Positions 1-9,347 of a stretch of 64,000 bases of DNA are shown in pieces (within the stretch, counting starts at the first letter, position 1; each line of letters opens with the position of its first letter). Source of the DNA: Candidatus Latescibacterota bacterium (GTDB lineage: Bacteria; Latescibacterota; UBA2968; UBA8231); assembly GCA_965261395.1 (NCBI GenBank), contig OZ253462.1:6368001-6432000 (forward strand). The letters are read 5' to 3'. Position numbers and translations under genes: made by a program. The notes under the pieces are model-generated. The model worked only from the letters and a program-made list of their open reading frames with translations. It ran no database searches and had not been told where the DNA came from.

Positions 1-845
1 GCGAAAACCGCGTCGCGCTTTTCCTTGAGAATGGCGTTGGTCTCGGCCAAGTGCTGCCACAGCCGGTCGCGGAACAAGGCCGCGCAGCTAGCGGCTGTCA
101 GCAAGCTGTTGCCCCCGTCGTAGCGGCGGTCGAGGATCCGCGCCAGCATGGGTGGCTGGGCCAACAAATAGCCCATCCGCACCCCAGGACCCAAAATTTT
201 GGACAGCGAGCCGATGTACAGGACGTTGGGGCTGTCGTCGAGCGCGTAGAGCGCCGGCTCTTGCGGCCCCTCAAAATGCACATCGCCGTAGCAGTTGTCT
301 TCCACCACTATGGTCTCGTAGTAGCGCGCCACTTCGAGCAGTTCGAGGCGGCGCTGCCGTGGCATGACCGAGCCGGTGGGGTTTTGGTAGGTCGCCAAGG
401 TATAAATAAAGCGCGGCCGGGTACCTTTGCGGCGCAAGTCCGCCAAAGTGTCGACCAGCGCATCGACGCGCATGCCCTGCTCGTCGAGCGGCACCCCGAC
501 CAGCTCGGCCCCCAACCGCTTGTACGCGGCAATCGTCCCGGAATACGTCAACTCTTCGGTGACGATCACATCCCCCGGACCTTCCATCAGCGCCTCGGCG
601 ACCAGCGTAACCGCCTGCATGGAGCCGTTCATCAGCGCGATGTGGTCGGCGGACACGTCCACGCCCTCGCGCCGCGACTCACGCAGGGCCATGACCTCGC
701 GCAACCCCTGATGGCCCATGTCACCGGGATAACGCACCAGCTCCGCACCCAGCTCGCGCACGGCCGCGCTAGCGGCCTCGGCCAACGCTTCCGTGGGAAA
801 CGAGCCGGGATCGGTGCGTCCACTGCCAAAATCGTATGTGCTCAT
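1..845 (-). CDS. PLP-dependent aminotransferase, class I/II (MocR/Aro8-like); 3' end runs off the window
   Basis: Manual translation from ATG at 845 (RBS AAGGAG upstream): MSTYDFGSGRTDPGSFP...YQNPTG...EDNCYG...GSLSKILGPGVRMGY, which contains the PLP-lysine motif. Not in the ORF track because there is no stop in the window. Confidence 0.9.
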   Translation of the reverse strand, partial: MSTYDFGSGRTDPGSFPTEALAEAASAAVRELGAELVRYPGDMGHQGLREVMALRESRREGVDVSADHIALMNGSMQAVTLVAEALMEGPGDVIVTEELTYSGTIAAYKRLGAELVGVPLDEQGMRVDALVDTLADLRRKGTRPRFIYTLATYQNPTGSVMPRQRRLELLEVARYYETIVVEDNCYGDVHFEGPQEPALYALDDSPNVLYIGSLSKILGPGVRMGYLLAQPPMLARILDRRYDGGNSLLTAASCAALFRDRLWQHLAETNAILKEKRDAVF

Positions 846-857
846 AACATTCTCCTT

Positions 858-1859
858 TTAGAGTTCCAATGGCTTGAGCCGGGGGTTTTCAGTAAGCCCC
901 GGTATCCGTCCCCGCTTGGCCACGGGCCGACCGTCTACTTCCTTGATGTCCGCAGTGAAATCTATCGCCGAGGCGGCACTAATCGCGCTGCCGACCCCAA
1001 AGGCATCCACCGGCGCTCTTGCCGCCCGGAAATAGCCAATCCGCTCGGCGTCCAAGCCGCCGGAGACCGCGATCTTTATATGGCTATGCCCGGCTTGGTC
1101 CAGTCGCGCGCGCACCTCCGCGACTAGCTCGGCTGTAACGCGACCGCGCTCGCTAGGGGTGTCCAGCCGCACGCCCCCCAGCTTATCGCCTAGGGCTTCT
1201 GCCAGCCGCAGGCTCTCTTCGGCTTCGTCCTTAAAGGTGTCAACCAGCGCGATGCGCTCAACCTTGGCGTCGATGTGGCGGTCAAATGCCTCGGCCGCCT
1301 TGAGCGTGTCGCCGAGGCACAGGATCAGGGCGTGGGGCATGGTCCCGGTTGCCTCAATGCCGGCGAGAGCGGCCCCTTGCGGAGTAGCGCATCCGACGCA
1401 CCCCCCGACGATGGCTGCGTATTCCATCCGGGCGCTGACCTCCGGGTGGATATGCCGAGCGCCGAAGCTGATGATCGGCACTCCGTCGGCTGCGGCCACG
1501 CACTCGGCTGCGGCCGTGGCCCACCCCGTCTCGCTGCTGAGCATTCCCAACAGCGCCGTCTCGTACAGCCCGAACTGCCGGTAGGGCGCACGGATCCGCA
1601 AGACGACCTCGCGCGGCTCGATCCAATCCCCTTCGTCCAAGCTCCACACCTCTGCCTCCTCGCCGAGTACCTGCCGCAAGAGGGCCTGCGCCTCGCGCAA
1701 GCCACAGAGCAGGGCGCGCCGCCGGGTAAACACCTCCATCGCCACGACCGGATTGAGCTGTTCGGCCGCGAGGATGTCGCAACTGCGGCGGAAGTAAATA
1801 TCCGCATTGTCGCCCGCCAGCGTCGCAGCCGAGGGCGCGTATGGGTCGCGCTCTGCCAT
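858..1859 (-). CDS. pncB: Nicotinate phosphoribosyltransferase
   Basis: Motifs FGARH, GTMPHA, LVDTF, GVRLDTPS, FGVGS. Likely start MAERDPY at 1859, overlapping the nicotinamidase stop. Confidence 0.88.
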   Translation of the reverse strand: MAERDPYAPSAATLAGDNADIYFRRSCDILAAEQLNPVVAMEVFTRRRALLCGLREAQALLRQVLGEEAEVWSLDEGDWIEPREVVLRIRAPYRQFGLYETALLGMLSSETGWATAAAECVAAADGVPIISFGARHIHPEVSARMEYAAIVGGCVGCATPQGAALAGIEATGTMPHALILCLGDTLKAAEAFDRHIDAKVERIALVDTFKDEAEESLRLAEALGDKLGGVRLDTPSERGRVTAELVAEVRARLDQAGHSHIKIAVSGGLDAERIGYFRAARAPVDAFGVGSAISAASAIDFTADIKEVDGRPVAKRGRIPGLTENPRLKPLEL

Positions 1860-2386
1860 CAGCGGTTGGTGACCTGTGCCCCGAGGATTTTTTCTATATG
1901 CCCCAAGGCCCATTCGTGTTGTTGGGGATCAAAACTGGCGACGCAATCGGCTGGCACCTCGACCGGATAGTCGCGGTTGCGCAGCCCGGCCACAGTGTGC
2001 AGGACGCAGATATCCGTGCAATCGCCCATCACCACGACCTTGTCCGGCGCTAGCTCCTCCAACATTGCGGCCAACTCGGTCTCGAAAAAGGCACTGTAGC
2101 GCCGCTTTTTGACAATCTGCGCGTCTTCGGCCAACGGTGCTAGCTCGGCGATGATGTGCTCTTCTTCGCTGCCTTCGATGCAGTGGGGAGGGAACATCTC
2201 GAACTCGCGGTCGTTTGCGCTGTGGCTGTCTTGGGTAAAAAACAGCGCGGCCCCAGCGGCTTTTTCGCGTTCGACCCGCGCGGCGATTCGCGGGATGATC
2301 TCCCGCGCGTGGTCCCCGCAGTAGAGCGTTCCGTCTGGGCGCATAAAGCCGTTCTGCATATCCACGACAATCACGGCATTAGCCAT
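1859..2386 (-). CDS. pncA: Nicotinamidase / isochorismatase-family cysteine hydrolase
   Basis: VVDMQNGF, DSH, PPHC, KRRYSAF, CTDICV catalytic motifs; translationally coupled to pncB. Confidence 0.85.
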   Translation of the reverse strand: MANAVIVVDMQNGFMRPDGTLYCGDHAREIIPRIAARVEREKAAGAALFFTQDSHSANDREFEMFPPHCIEGSEEEHIIAELAPLAEDAQIVKKRRYSAFFETELAAMLEELAPDKVVVMGDCTDICVLHTVAGLRNRDYPVEVPADCVASFDPQQHEWALGHIEKILGAQVTNR

Positions 2387-2431
2387 CGCCTAATCCTCCT
2401 ATCCGCAAAAATACAATCCGCACAGAGCAAT

Positions 2432-2857
2432 TCAAACCGGTTCGAGCCGATCCCCCACGAGCCTCCGGTAGTAACACCCCGACCGCGCCCGACCGGCAGC
2501 GTCCAAAGTGTGGCAGGCCCCCTCTCCTTTGAGCCGGACGCGATACAGCAGCGAATTTTGCTCGCAGTTGACGCGGATTTCTACCAGTTCGAGCACATTG
2601 CCCGAGGTCGCGCCTTTGACCCACAACTCGTTGCGCGATGTGCTCCAAAATGCGGCCACGCCCTCGCGCCGCGTATAGTCGACGGCCTCTTCATTGGCAT
2701 ACGCCAAGACCAGCACCTCGCCGCTATCCACGTCCTGCGCCGCCACCGGCACCAATCCCTCGCCACAGGCCGCAGCCCGCTGCAACTTGCCAAAATCCAA
2801 GGCCAACTGCTGCCCTTCCTCCACTTCCTCAAGTGTCATATTCGCTCGTTCAACCAC
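2432..2857 (-). CDS. hisI: Phosphoribosyl-AMP cyclohydrolase
   Basis: FWSTSRNELWVKGATSGN, NCEQNSLL, ACHT...CYYR metal motifs. Confidence 0.92.
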   Translation of the reverse strand: MVERANMTLEEVEEGQQLALDFGKLQRAAACGEGLVPVAAQDVDSGEVLVLAYANEEAVDYTRREGVAAFWSTSRNELWVKGATSGNVLELVEIRVNCEQNSLLYRVRLKGEGACHTLDAAGRARSGCYYRRLVGDRLEPV

Positions 2858-2948
2858 GACGATCTCCCATAGTCAAAGCCCTTTTAACTAGACCTTGCCT
2901 CCCTCTCCACGTCAAGCCTATATTCCCCGCCTAAAAGGACGACGCCCT

Positions 2949-4223
2949 ATGCTTCTCGACACTGCCTACGAAATCGCCACCTCCAACATCCGCTTCGGCC
3001 CAGGCACCACCAAGGAGATCGGTATGGATCTAAAGGACCTGGGGCTGCAGCGGGTCATGGTTTTGACCGACCCTAACTTGCGCGAGCAAGCGCCCGTGCA
3101 GACGGCCTTGGCGGCCATTGCAGAGGCGGGCGTCGAGTACGCGCTGTTCGACCAAGTGCGCGTCGAGCCGACCGACGCCTCGTTCAAGGCGGCGATTGCG
3201 TACGCCCAACAAGGGTTTGACGGGTTCGTCGCCGTCGGCGGGGGGTCGGTGATGGACACGGCCAAAGCGGCCAACGTGTACACCACTTACCCGGCCGATT
3301 TCCTCACCTACGTCAACGCGCCCATTGGCCGGGGTGAGCCAGTGCCCGGCCCGCTCAAGCCGCTGATCGCCGTTCCCACCACCGCTGGCACCGGCAGCGA
3401 GACCACGGGCGTGGCGATTTTCGATTTCGTCGAGATGAAGGCCAAGACCGGCATGGCCCACCGCTACATGCGCCCGACCTTGGGCATCGTCGATCCAGAC
3501 AACACGCGCTCCATGCCGCCGCAGGTGGCCGCTGCAACCGGCCTCGACGTGCTCTCACACGCCTTGGAGTCGTACACGGCCCTTCCGTTCGACCAGCGGC
3601 CCCGACCCGACCGGCCCCAACTGCGACCAGCCTACCAAGGCTCGAATCCCATCAGCGACTTGTGGGCGTTGCAGGCTTTGCGGTTAGTGGAGCAATTTCT
3701 GCCCCGCGCCGTGGCCGACCCCAGCGACGACGAGGCCCGCAGCGCGATGAGCTTGGCCGCGGCCCTCGCTGGCATTGGCTTTGGCAACGCGGGTGTCCAC
3801 TTGCCGCACGGCATGTCCTATCCGGTGGCCGGCATGGTGGAAAGCTATGTGCCCGAGGGATACGCCATCGATTACCCGCTGGTGCCGCACGGGTTTGCCG
3901 TGATCGTCAACTCGCCTGCGGTCTTCCGCTTCACCGCGCCAACTTGCCCCCAGCGGCATCTGCGGGCGGCTGCGGTCTTGGGGGCCGATTGCAGCGGGGC
4001 GCAAGACGAGGACGCAGGCCCGATCTTAGCCGACCGCATCGTCTCGCTGATGCGCCAACTCGGCGCACCCAACGGCCTCAGCGCCCTCGGCTACGGGAGC
4101 CAGCACATCCCGGCGCTAGTCGAGGGCACGCTGCCGCAGCACCGGGTGACCAAGCTCTCGCCGCGAGCGGCAGATGCTGAGGAACTGGCGGGGATTTTTG
4201 CGGACGCGCTGAGTTATTGGTAG
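2949..4223 (+). CDS. Hydroxyacid-oxoacid transhydrogenase (iron-containing alcohol dehydrogenase family)
   Basis: GGGSVMDTAK, PTTAGTGSETT, RPAYQGSNPISD, GVHLPHGMSYPV, PHG motifs; start MLLDT at 2949. Confidence 0.9.
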   Translation: MLLDTAYEIATSNIRFGPGTTKEIGMDLKDLGLQRVMVLTDPNLREQAPVQTALAAIAEAGVEYALFDQVRVEPTDASFKAAIAYAQQGFDGFVAVGGGSVMDTAKAANVYTTYPADFLTYVNAPIGRGEPVPGPLKPLIAVPTTAGTGSETTGVAIFDFVEMKAKTGMAHRYMRPTLGIVDPDNTRSMPPQVAAATGLDVLSHALESYTALPFDQRPRPDRPQLRPAYQGSNPISDLWALQALRLVEQFLPRAVADPSDDEARSAMSLAAALAGIGFGNAGVHLPHGMSYPVAGMVESYVPEGYAIDYPLVPHGFAVIVNSPAVFRFTAPTCPQRHLRAAAVLGADCSGAQDEDAGPILADRIVSLMRQLGAPNGLSALGYGSQHIPALVEGTLPQHRVTKLSPRAADAEELAGIFADALSYW

Positions 4224-4355
4224 GAAGCTGCCGCCAAGCAGAGAGTGGCGACCCTAGCTTTCCGCAGCGAAACCGCCACTAATCAACCTGAAAAATTCCA
4301 TCGCACAGATAGGCCAGACAGTATCGACGGTCAAATTGCGTTGCCTTGCGATTTA

Positions 4356-4433
4356 TTCAACAGATTTGTTGACAACGATTTCGTTGAATAATATCTTTTC
4401 AACAGATTTGTTGACAACGATTTCGTTGAATAA
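4356..4433. repeat. Tandem 36-bp direct repeat (42-bp period) containing four CAAC-N6-GTTG palindromes; putative operator array
   Basis: TTCAACAGATTTGTTGACAACGATTTCGTTGAATAA at 4356-4391 and 4398-4433, directly upstream of the RBS of the ATPase remnant. Confidence 0.85.
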
Positions 4434-4443
4434 GGGAGACGCC

Positions 4444-4593
4444 ATGAGATCATCGACCGGCCGCTGGGTAAGCGGCGGCGACTTTTTCAATCGCGAGCGC
4501 GAGTTGCGGATACTGGAGACGCTCGGCCGCGACCACCATAGACCCCTCGAAAGCCGCCGTTCTGAAGACGAATCACTGGGAGACGCGCAATGA
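4444..4593 (+). pseudogene. Internally deleted AAA/STAND ATPase remnant
   Basis: MRSSTGRWVSGGDFFNRERELRILE is a typical N-terminal F.gRe.El motif of AAA_16/STAND ATPases. The ORF ends after 49 aa without a Walker A; its stop overlaps the next ATG (ATGA). Confidence 0.65.
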
Positions 4594-6140
4594 ACAAATC
4601 TGATCGACCGATCCGCAAGTTCAATCCGGGAACGTTCCAATTCGACGAGGAGGTGAAAGAGCAGTTCGTGGTCAGAGAACGCGAACTCGACATCGTTCTT
4701 GAGGTCCTCCGTGGGAATATTGATTCTCCATCGTGCCAGCACGTTCTGGTCGTTGCGCCTCGCGGTCGGGGAAAGACTATGCTACTGGCTCGAGTCGCGG
4801 CGGAGTTGCGTACCGACCGTGAATTTTCTGGGGACCTGTTTCCGGTTCAGTTGATGGAAGAGAGTCACGAAATATTCAATCTCGCCGATTTCTGGCTCGA
4901 CATCTTGTTCTATCTTGCGCGGGAGAGCGCCAAGCACGATCCCACACTCGCTGGAGATTTGCGAGAGACGCACGCCGACCTGACCACTCGCTGGCAAGAA
5001 GAGGCTCTCGCGGACCGCGGCCGAGCCGCTGTCTTGGAGGCGGCGGCGCGGCTGGGCAAAAAACTCGTCCTCATGGTCGAGAACCTACAGGCGCTCTGCG
5101 GAAACGTGGACAAAAATTTCGGCTGGGAGTTGCGCGGCGCATTGCAATCGGAGCCCCAGATCATGCTGCTCGCCACCGCCACGAGTCGTTTCAAGAGTCT
5201 GGACGACGCGGAGCAGCCGTTCTTCGAGCTATTCCGGATAGTCTCTTTGGAGCCGCTAGCCACCGAAGAATGCCGTCGCCTGTGGCAGGTCGTCAGCGGC
5301 GACGCGGCGAGCGAGCACGAGATTAGGCCGCTCGAAATCCTGACCGGTGGCAGCCCTCGCCTTCTGGTCATAGTCGCCGAGTTCGCGCAGCACCGGTCGC
5401 TGCGCCAGTTGATGGAAGAACTGGTGATGCTGATCGACGACCATACCGAGTATTTCCGTGGTCACCTAGAGGTCTTACCCAAGGGCGAACGCCGCGTGTA
5501 TATCGCGGTGATCGACCTTTGGCAACCGTCGAGCACGGGCGAGATCGCGGCGCGGGCGCGCATGGATGTCCGACCCGTATCGACCCTGCTCGGCCGACTC
5601 GCCATCCGGGGTGTGGTCATCGTGGAGGGGAGCGGCAAGAAGCGGCTATACGCCGCAGCGGAACGTCTCTATAGCATCTACTACAAGCTACGGCGCGAGC
5701 GCGACGAGGCGGCCGTGGTAGAAAACCTGATCCGCTTTATGGTGGCGTTTTATGGGATGGGCGAATTGTACCATATGTCCGGGCGACTGACTTCGGAAGC
5801 AGCGGAGTCGAAAGTCATTCGCGAGGGAATAGAATATCCGGCCACCATGGAGGCGTTCCGCTCCGCGTATGCCGCGTTCCTACCTAACGACGAAATTACG
5901 ATGCACGAGATACTACGGCTTGTGCCTAACTTGATCGCAACCAGTGCGTCGGCGCATGAACTTGTCGATATCCTGTTGAGCGACAGGGACAAATCCGGCA
6001 CGTTAGTACCCCTCATCGTTGCCCTGCGCCAGCATACCGGCGAGGAGGTTCGTGCGCCTGTGGAAATCCTTGAGGTCGCGGCGGATATTCGCGAACGCAT
6101 CAAGGTAAGAGCGGCGAAAGATGCTCCCGTGCCTTCCTGA
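4590..6140 (+). CDS. STAND-like AAA ATPase with winged-HTH
   Basis: FVVRERE, Walker A APRGRGKT, Walker B LVLMVENL, GGSPR motif, wHTH STGEIAARARMDVRPVSTLLGRL. Confidence 0.75.
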   Translation: MNKSDRPIRKFNPGTFQFDEEVKEQFVVRERELDIVLEVLRGNIDSPSCQHVLVVAPRGRGKTMLLARVAAELRTDREFSGDLFPVQLMEESHEIFNLADFWLDILFYLARESAKHDPTLAGDLRETHADLTTRWQEEALADRGRAAVLEAAARLGKKLVLMVENLQALCGNVDKNFGWELRGALQSEPQIMLLATATSRFKSLDDAEQPFFELFRIVSLEPLATEECRRLWQVVSGDAASEHEIRPLEILTGGSPRLLVIVAEFAQHRSLRQLMEELVMLIDDHTEYFRGHLEVLPKGERRVYIAVIDLWQPSSTGEIAARARMDVRPVSTLLGRLAIRGVVIVEGSGKKRLYAAAERLYSIYYKLRRERDEAAVVENLIRFMVAFYGMGELYHMSGRLTSEAAESKVIREGIEYPATMEAFRSAYAAFLPNDEITMHEILRLVPNLIATSASAHELVDILLSDRDKSGTLVPLIVALRQHTGEEVRAPVEILEVAADIRERIKVRAAKDAPVPS

Positions 6141-6374
6141 CCACCGCAGCCGGACGGCCCCGTTGCGGATCAGCCAAAAGTAGGCAAGATGGGCCGCTCT
6201 GCGGAGAGGATCGGATGTCCGCGGCTTTTTACAACTAAGGGCTACTCGCCCAAGGGCAAATGAGCACAGAGGGTTTACGTTTGGCTCAGATAGTATATAA
6301 TTATTTGAAAAATCCCGATTTAGGGGTTTTTGAGTCTCTCTTAAGTTCACTTGGGTGCTAGGAGACAATCCGGC

Positions 6375-7001
6375 ATGAGCAGTGTTTTCATTTATTGGGA
6401 CAACTCCAACACCTTCCACGAGGCACAACGGCTGGCGGAAGAACGACGCGAAGGTGCCAATGCCCGTTACCGCGTGCGCGTCAACTTCGACAATATACTG
6501 CGCCTAGCGCACGCCGATCGCCCGCTAAAAAAGGCACTTGCCACCGGCTCGGTGCCGCCAGAAATGCGCCAGTTGTGGAATCGACTGGAAGGCAAGGGGG
6601 TGGAAGTTCAACTGTTTGACCGAGGCAGCTCCGGGCGCGGCGAACAGGAAATGCCCGACCGGGTATTGCAGTTGCGCATGCTGGAAGATGCGCTGGATTA
6701 CAACGGCACTCCCGGCATCGTAGTGTTGCTGACCGGCGACGGTGCTGGCTATCTCGAAGGCGCGGGTTTTCACAGCACTTTGGAGCGCATGCACAAGCGC
6801 GGGTGGCGGGTGGAAATCCTGTCATGGGCGCATTCTTGCAACCAGCGGATGCGCAAATGGGCGCAAGAAAACGGCATATTTGTCGCGTTAGACGACTTCT
6901 ACGAGGCCATTACGTTCATGGAACCGTCCAGGCCGGGAGCGGAGCTTGCGTCCGCACGCGATTCCGCGGAACTGGACCTGTCGCAGAGGCCGACGGCCTA
7001 A
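6375..7001 (+). CDS. NYN-domain (PIN-like) ribonuclease
   Basis: IYWDNSN, EQEMPD, VLLTGDG motifs; RBS GGAG upstream of ATG 6375. Confidence 0.85.
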   Translation: MSSVFIYWDNSNTFHEAQRLAEERREGANARYRVRVNFDNILRLAHADRPLKKALATGSVPPEMRQLWNRLEGKGVEVQLFDRGSSGRGEQEMPDRVLQLRMLEDALDYNGTPGIVVLLTGDGAGYLEGAGFHSTLERMHKRGWRVEILSWAHSCNQRMRKWAQENGIFVALDDFYEAITFMEPSRPGAELASARDSAELDLSQRPTA

Positions 7002-7042
7002 TTGGGGAAGCGATGGCGGCGTGAATCTTTTGCTCTATCCGT

Positions 7043-7684
7043 TCAGCTAGTTCGGGTCGGCGGCGATTCGGTTGCAGCTATTATCCGTAGAAAATCGCGG
7101 ACCGTGCTGAAGACGCTGTGGTCCAAATTCCAGTAGTCATTCTTTGCTGCCACACCTACGGAAAAATGAGGGTTGGGCTTTGTTGTCAGATAGGCATGGG
7201 CACGGGCCTTGTCGGATCTCTCGATGGACACGTCCGGCAAAGATTCGACACACTTGAAAAAGTCATCGATACACTCCTCCACCGGCGCAGCCGCAAAGCT
7301 CTCGCAAAGTAGCGTCTCAAGCATCCCTTGACGATTGTCACCGGGCAGTATCAGCACCGCCACCGCCGGGCTATCACCAGTGCGCTCTGTGGGGCTGTCC
7401 GGCACAGGCAGCTTGGCTCTCTCCAACGAAGACTGAACACTTTGGAACGCCCTCTCAGCGGATGTCTCCGCATCGCGAACGATGCCGATACTCTGGACGG
7501 TCTGAAACCCAGTCGCGCTTACGAGTCCCTCTAGGAAATCGCGCAGTTGGCTGACCCCGCCAAAGTCCTGAATCTGGACATTGGTAATCGAGAGATGACT
7601 AGTGAATGCCTCAAAGAAATTGCGCTGATCATTGCCCTCGACGATAAGCTGGATTGCCGATTTGATTTCTTTTGGCTTTGGCAT
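7043..7684 (-). CDS. DUF3226-like TOPRIM-fold protein
   Basis: LIVEGNDQ (TOPRIM glutamate), GIVRDAE, GMLETL, KARAHAYL motifs; immediately downstream of an ABC-type ATPase. Confidence 0.75.
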   Translation of the reverse strand: MPKPKEIKSAIQLIVEGNDQRNFFEAFTSHLSITNVQIQDFGGVSQLRDFLEGLVSATGFQTVQSIGIVRDAETSAERAFQSVQSSLERAKLPVPDSPTERTGDSPAVAVLILPGDNRQGMLETLLCESFAAAPVEECIDDFFKCVESLPDVSIERSDKARAHAYLTTKPNPHFSVGVAAKNDYWNLDHSVFSTVRDFLRIIAATESPPTRTS

Positions 7685-7686
7685 AC

Positions 7687-8736
7687 CTATCGAACCTCAA
7701 GCCCGTGCCGAATCGCGGCACTGATTCCATTTGGCTTAAAGGTAACACAGCGATTTTCCGCGTCGCTGGCTTCGAGCCGGTGTAGGAGAAAGCCGTCAGG
7801 GCCAAGGGCTTGATGCGCCGCTTCTATACATTCAAAACTATGCGTGGTCGCAAATATCTGCGTGCGGAACTGCTTGGCCGCTTCATCAATAGCTCGCCAG
7901 ACATCGGACAGTACCGAGTGGTGAATGCCGTTTTCAACCTCATCCACTAGCACGACACCATCCGGTACGGAAGCTATGGCCAAAACAAGCCGGGCAATTT
8001 GGGTCATGCCTTCGCCCATTGCTGACAGCGGCACCAGTTCTGATAACCCAATATCCCCCCAGATCATGGGTATGCCGCTAGAGGAATTTTCCTCAATGCT
8101 TTGCAATCTCGGCTCGACAATCTGTAGTGCTTTTAATAGTAGAGCTCCCTGTTTCTTACGTCTCAACATTCCCAGCCTTGTGGCATCTCTGCGGATATTC
8201 CTAGTTCGAGACAAGAGAATTATTACACCAAGCGAGGCATTTGTAGTAGGCTGATTGATTTCAAATTCCTGTCCCTTCACACGTATCTGACTTTCGACGC
8301 GCTTCCCCGAAGGATCGATATACTGGAATGAGAGTGAACGTTCGCTGAAATCTGGCACCGAAGTTTCTTCCATAAGATCAAGAGCAGTCTCAGGAGTGGC
8401 TTGTCGCTCCGATGTGATTTTCAAAGCCAATTGACCATGCGACGTATGCTCTCCCTCAATCTCAATGGCCCGTTCCATGTCCAGATCAGAGAAGAGCTGT
8501 TTCCACAAGGGCCCAATCATAGCTGGCGATACTCTATTATCTAGTTCCAGGCCGCGAATAATGTTGACATTTCTTGCTAGACGTGCGTCTCCGGCTCCAA
8601 CTAGCAGAGAAATTGCCTCAAGTAAACTGGTCTTGCCGGAATTATTCTTGCCAGCAATGAGGTTAATGCCGCTCAATTGGTCGATTTCAAGCGCGTTGAA
8701 GCCGCGGAAATTCCGTATCTGCAAGCGTTTCAACAT
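7687..8736 (-). CDS. AAA_15/AAA_21 ABC-type ATPase
   Basis: IRNFRGF, GKNNSGKT, signature LSAMGEGM, Walker B VLVDEVENGIH, FATTHS. Confidence 0.88.
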   Translation of the reverse strand: MLKRLQIRNFRGFNALEIDQLSGINLIAGKNNSGKTSLLEAISLLVGAGDARLARNVNIIRGLELDNRVSPAMIGPLWKQLFSDLDMERAIEIEGEHTSHGQLALKITSERQATPETALDLMEETSVPDFSERSLSFQYIDPSGKRVESQIRVKGQEFEINQPTTNASLGVIILLSRTRNIRRDATRLGMLRRKKQGALLLKALQIVEPRLQSIEENSSSGIPMIWGDIGLSELVPLSAMGEGMTQIARLVLAIASVPDGVVLVDEVENGIHHSVLSDVWRAIDEAAKQFRTQIFATTHSFECIEAAHQALGPDGFLLHRLEASDAENRCVTFKPNGISAAIRHGLEVR

Positions 8737-8805
8737 AGCCTTGGCTCCTCGCTTATATCTGATTCCCCGGATTACTTCTACGCTAATCTAGAATCTTGAG
8801 CATGT

Positions 8806-9003
8806 TTATACAGCCAGTTCGATTTCTCGGACTTCGGCATCCTCCAAAAGGTCTTCTACGACGCTGAGATATTCTCGGATAGCGGCTTCGATATTAACGA
8901 GGACCTCTTCTTCTGTTCTTCCTTCAGACCAACAACCTGGAAAGCCAGGGATCGAGACACTATAGCCCTCGTCAGATCGGTGAAGGGCAATTTTGTACCT
9001 CAT
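8806..9003 (-). CDS. hicB: HicB-family antitoxin (orphan)
   Basis: YSVSIPGFPGCWSEGRTEEEVLVNIEAAI motif; no adjacent hicA recognised. Confidence 0.8.
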   Translation of the reverse strand: MRYKIALHRSDEGYSVSIPGFPGCWSEGRTEEEVLVNIEAAIREYLSVVEDLLEDAEVREIELAV

Positions 9004-9098
9004 AATGGTCTCTTTGCGGTTATTCATTTGTCTCTACTTCTCATGCGTCATTGATTGGTGGCGAGCGGATGTGTCAGTCGTTTACGGAGTCCCATCCT

Positions 9099-9347
9099 TC
9101 ATCCACGGTTCGCCTCTTCCTCTATTTCGCCCATGTTGTACTGGAATAAGGAGACCTTGAACTAGCCTAGCGCCGAGATAAATTCGCTGCGGGATAAACC
9201 CGAAATTTCGGCCGCTCGGCTTTGGAAAACTATCCCCATCTCGCACCATCTCACAGCGGCCAAACGCAATTCTTGGGTGAAACGTTCGAGGGCTTTCTGT
9301 ACCGACGAAAACATATCTTCTGGCGGTTCGAAAGTAACCGTTACCAT
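9099..9347 (-). pseudogene. UPF0175-family antitoxin-like protein with premature stop
   Basis: ELRLAAVRW...SRAAEISGLSRSEFISALG*FKVSLFQYNMGEIEEEANRG: homology continues past an in-frame TAG at 9162-9164. Confidence 0.7.

Noticed and set aside
51-1127. 358-aa plus-strand ORF (and similar long antisense ORFs, e.g. 28670-30004, 62492-63724)
   Set aside because: Shadow ORFs opposite well-supported genes in GC-rich DNA; no recognisable motifs.
4356-4433. 36-bp palindromic repeat pair as a mini-CRISPR
   Set aside because: Only 6 bp separate the copies, far too short for a spacer.
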